64,000 bases of DNA from the human T2T-CHM13v2.0 reference genome, Homo sapiens, in NCBI RefSeq assembly GCF_009914755.1, contig NC_060925.1; one strand, 5' to 3'. The notes under the pieces were generated by a model. It saw only the letters and a list, made by a program, of their open reading frames with translations, was not told where the DNA came from and ran no database searches. Both the position numbers and the translations under genes were made by a program. How positions within the stretch are numbered: the stretch's first letter is position 1; every line of letters begins with the position of its first letter. Positions 62,256 through 64,000 of the stretch are shown piece by piece.

Positions 62256-62848
62256 CAGCTAAGTACCTTTTCTGTAGCCAGCACTGGGGAAACTCCCAGG
62301 GAGAGGAATGGGGAATTCCTGGGATCATGGAGAGACACTCCCAAGGGCTAGGAAAGCCTTCCATCTCTGCCTGGAATGCTTCTGAATAGGGGAGATGGCT
62401 CCAGCTTGTCCAGAGAGAGGAATCTTCCTAAAGTAGAACTACAGGTAGGAGAAAAGTACTTTTGGGGGACCCATGCTGGGCACCCTCCAGGGGGGTGGAG
62501 GGGAAGAGTAGGCACATCCCCCATCCCTTTAGTCTCAGCCCCTGGGAACCCACCCTGTCCCCTATCATCTCTTTTCAGATGGCCTTCTCAGACAGCCACA
62601 GAAGGTCTGTGGGCAGGACCTGGGCAGAGTGGGATGGGTTAAGATCCGATGGGGTGAAGGGCTGAGGCCAGGCCCTTAACTACCATCACTGGACATTTGG
62701 TTCCACCTAGTGGCCTCTGATGTTCCAACCGTTCTCACAGAGACCGGCACAAGGGGGTGCCCTTTCAGGCATTCAGTGTTTATTGAGCACCTACTCTGTG
62801 TGAGGCCAAATGTGAGGTTTGATGGAGGCATATCCATGAGCATAAAGA

Positions 62849-63330
62849 GGCTGGGCACGGTAGCTCACGCCTGTAATCCCACCATTTTGGGAGGCTGAGG
62901 TGGGTGGATTGCTTGAGCTCAGGAGGTCTAGACCAGCCTAGGTGATACAGGCAGACCCTATGTCTACCAAAAAAAACACAAAAGGCTGGGCATGGTGGCA
63001 TGTGCCTGTGGGCCCAGCTACTTGGGAGGCTGAGGTGGGAGGATCAGTTGAGCCCAGGAGGAGTTGAGGCTGCAGTGAGCCTAGATCCTGCCACTGCACT
63101 CCAATCTGGGTGACAGAGCGAGACCCTGTCTCTGAAATAAAATAAAATAAAATAAAATAAAATAAAATAAAATAAGAAGCAGAAGGTCAGGCAGGGTGTG
63201 TGCACCTGTAGTCCTAGCTACTCTGGAGGCTGAGGTGGAAGGATTGCTTGATCCCAGGAGTTCAAGTCTGCAGTGAGTATGATCATGTCACTGTGCTCTA
63301 GCCTGGGCAATAGAGCAGGACTCTGTCTCT
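62849..63330 (+). mobile_element. AluJ with (TAAAA)n tail, plus FLAM monomer
   Basis: ~62849-63175 and ~63187-63330. Confidence 0.9.
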
Positions 63331-63611
63331 GAATTTTTTTTTTTTTAAAGAGCAGAGAACTAACATTTATTCTGCTCACACGTACCAGCCCTGGGCTTGG
63401 GTCCATACTGTATTGGCACGTGCCTGTGGAGCACTGAGGATCCCACAGCAGAGACAGGACTGCCAAGTGCCTGGCCTGGTCAGTTGGCTTCTCTGGACTT
63501 CCGTTTCCACTCCTGAAAAATAAGAAGGTTGGTGTAGATTATCTCTAGCATCTCTTCCTATGTTAGAATTCTGTGAAGTCACACAAAGGAGTGGTTAAGA
63601 GTTTCAGCTTT

Positions 63612-63987
<376 letters not shown>

Positions 63988-64000
63988 TTACCTTTCAGAG

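Overview
Primate (almost certainly human) non-coding genomic DNA from a GC-rich, extremely Alu-dense region, with roughly 100 Alu elements or fragments by eye covering about 45-50% of the window. I see no supportable protein-coding exon: the ORF track consists of Alu-derived frames, chance GC-rich frames and decayed transposon protein fragments. Other recognisable elements are a 5'-truncated Y3 RNA pseudogene, L1M/L2/MIR relics, MaLR/ERV1/ERVL LTRs (including an LTR16-type LTR with ERV3-16A3-type internal sequence), DNA transposon fossils (Charlie1, MER2, MER5A, two MER94) and microsatellites. Several Alu-free islands carry dense TF motifs: a four-GATA cluster at 19.8 kb, and an AP-1/CRE/RFX/CCAAT/TATA region at 49.3-53.8 kb. 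The most unusual structures are fossil mutational events: a ~132 bp non-repeat segment copied 1.4 kb away with direct and inverted repeat junction scars; an inverted micro-insertion apparently templated from a neighbouring Alu; and a polyadenylated LTR-transcript retrocopy nested inside an Alu and itself hit by a trimeric AluYd-type element. I found no convincing novel gene system. Repeat family names come from memory of consensus sequences, and repeat boundaries are approximate (about +/-10-20 bp). The locus was not identified.
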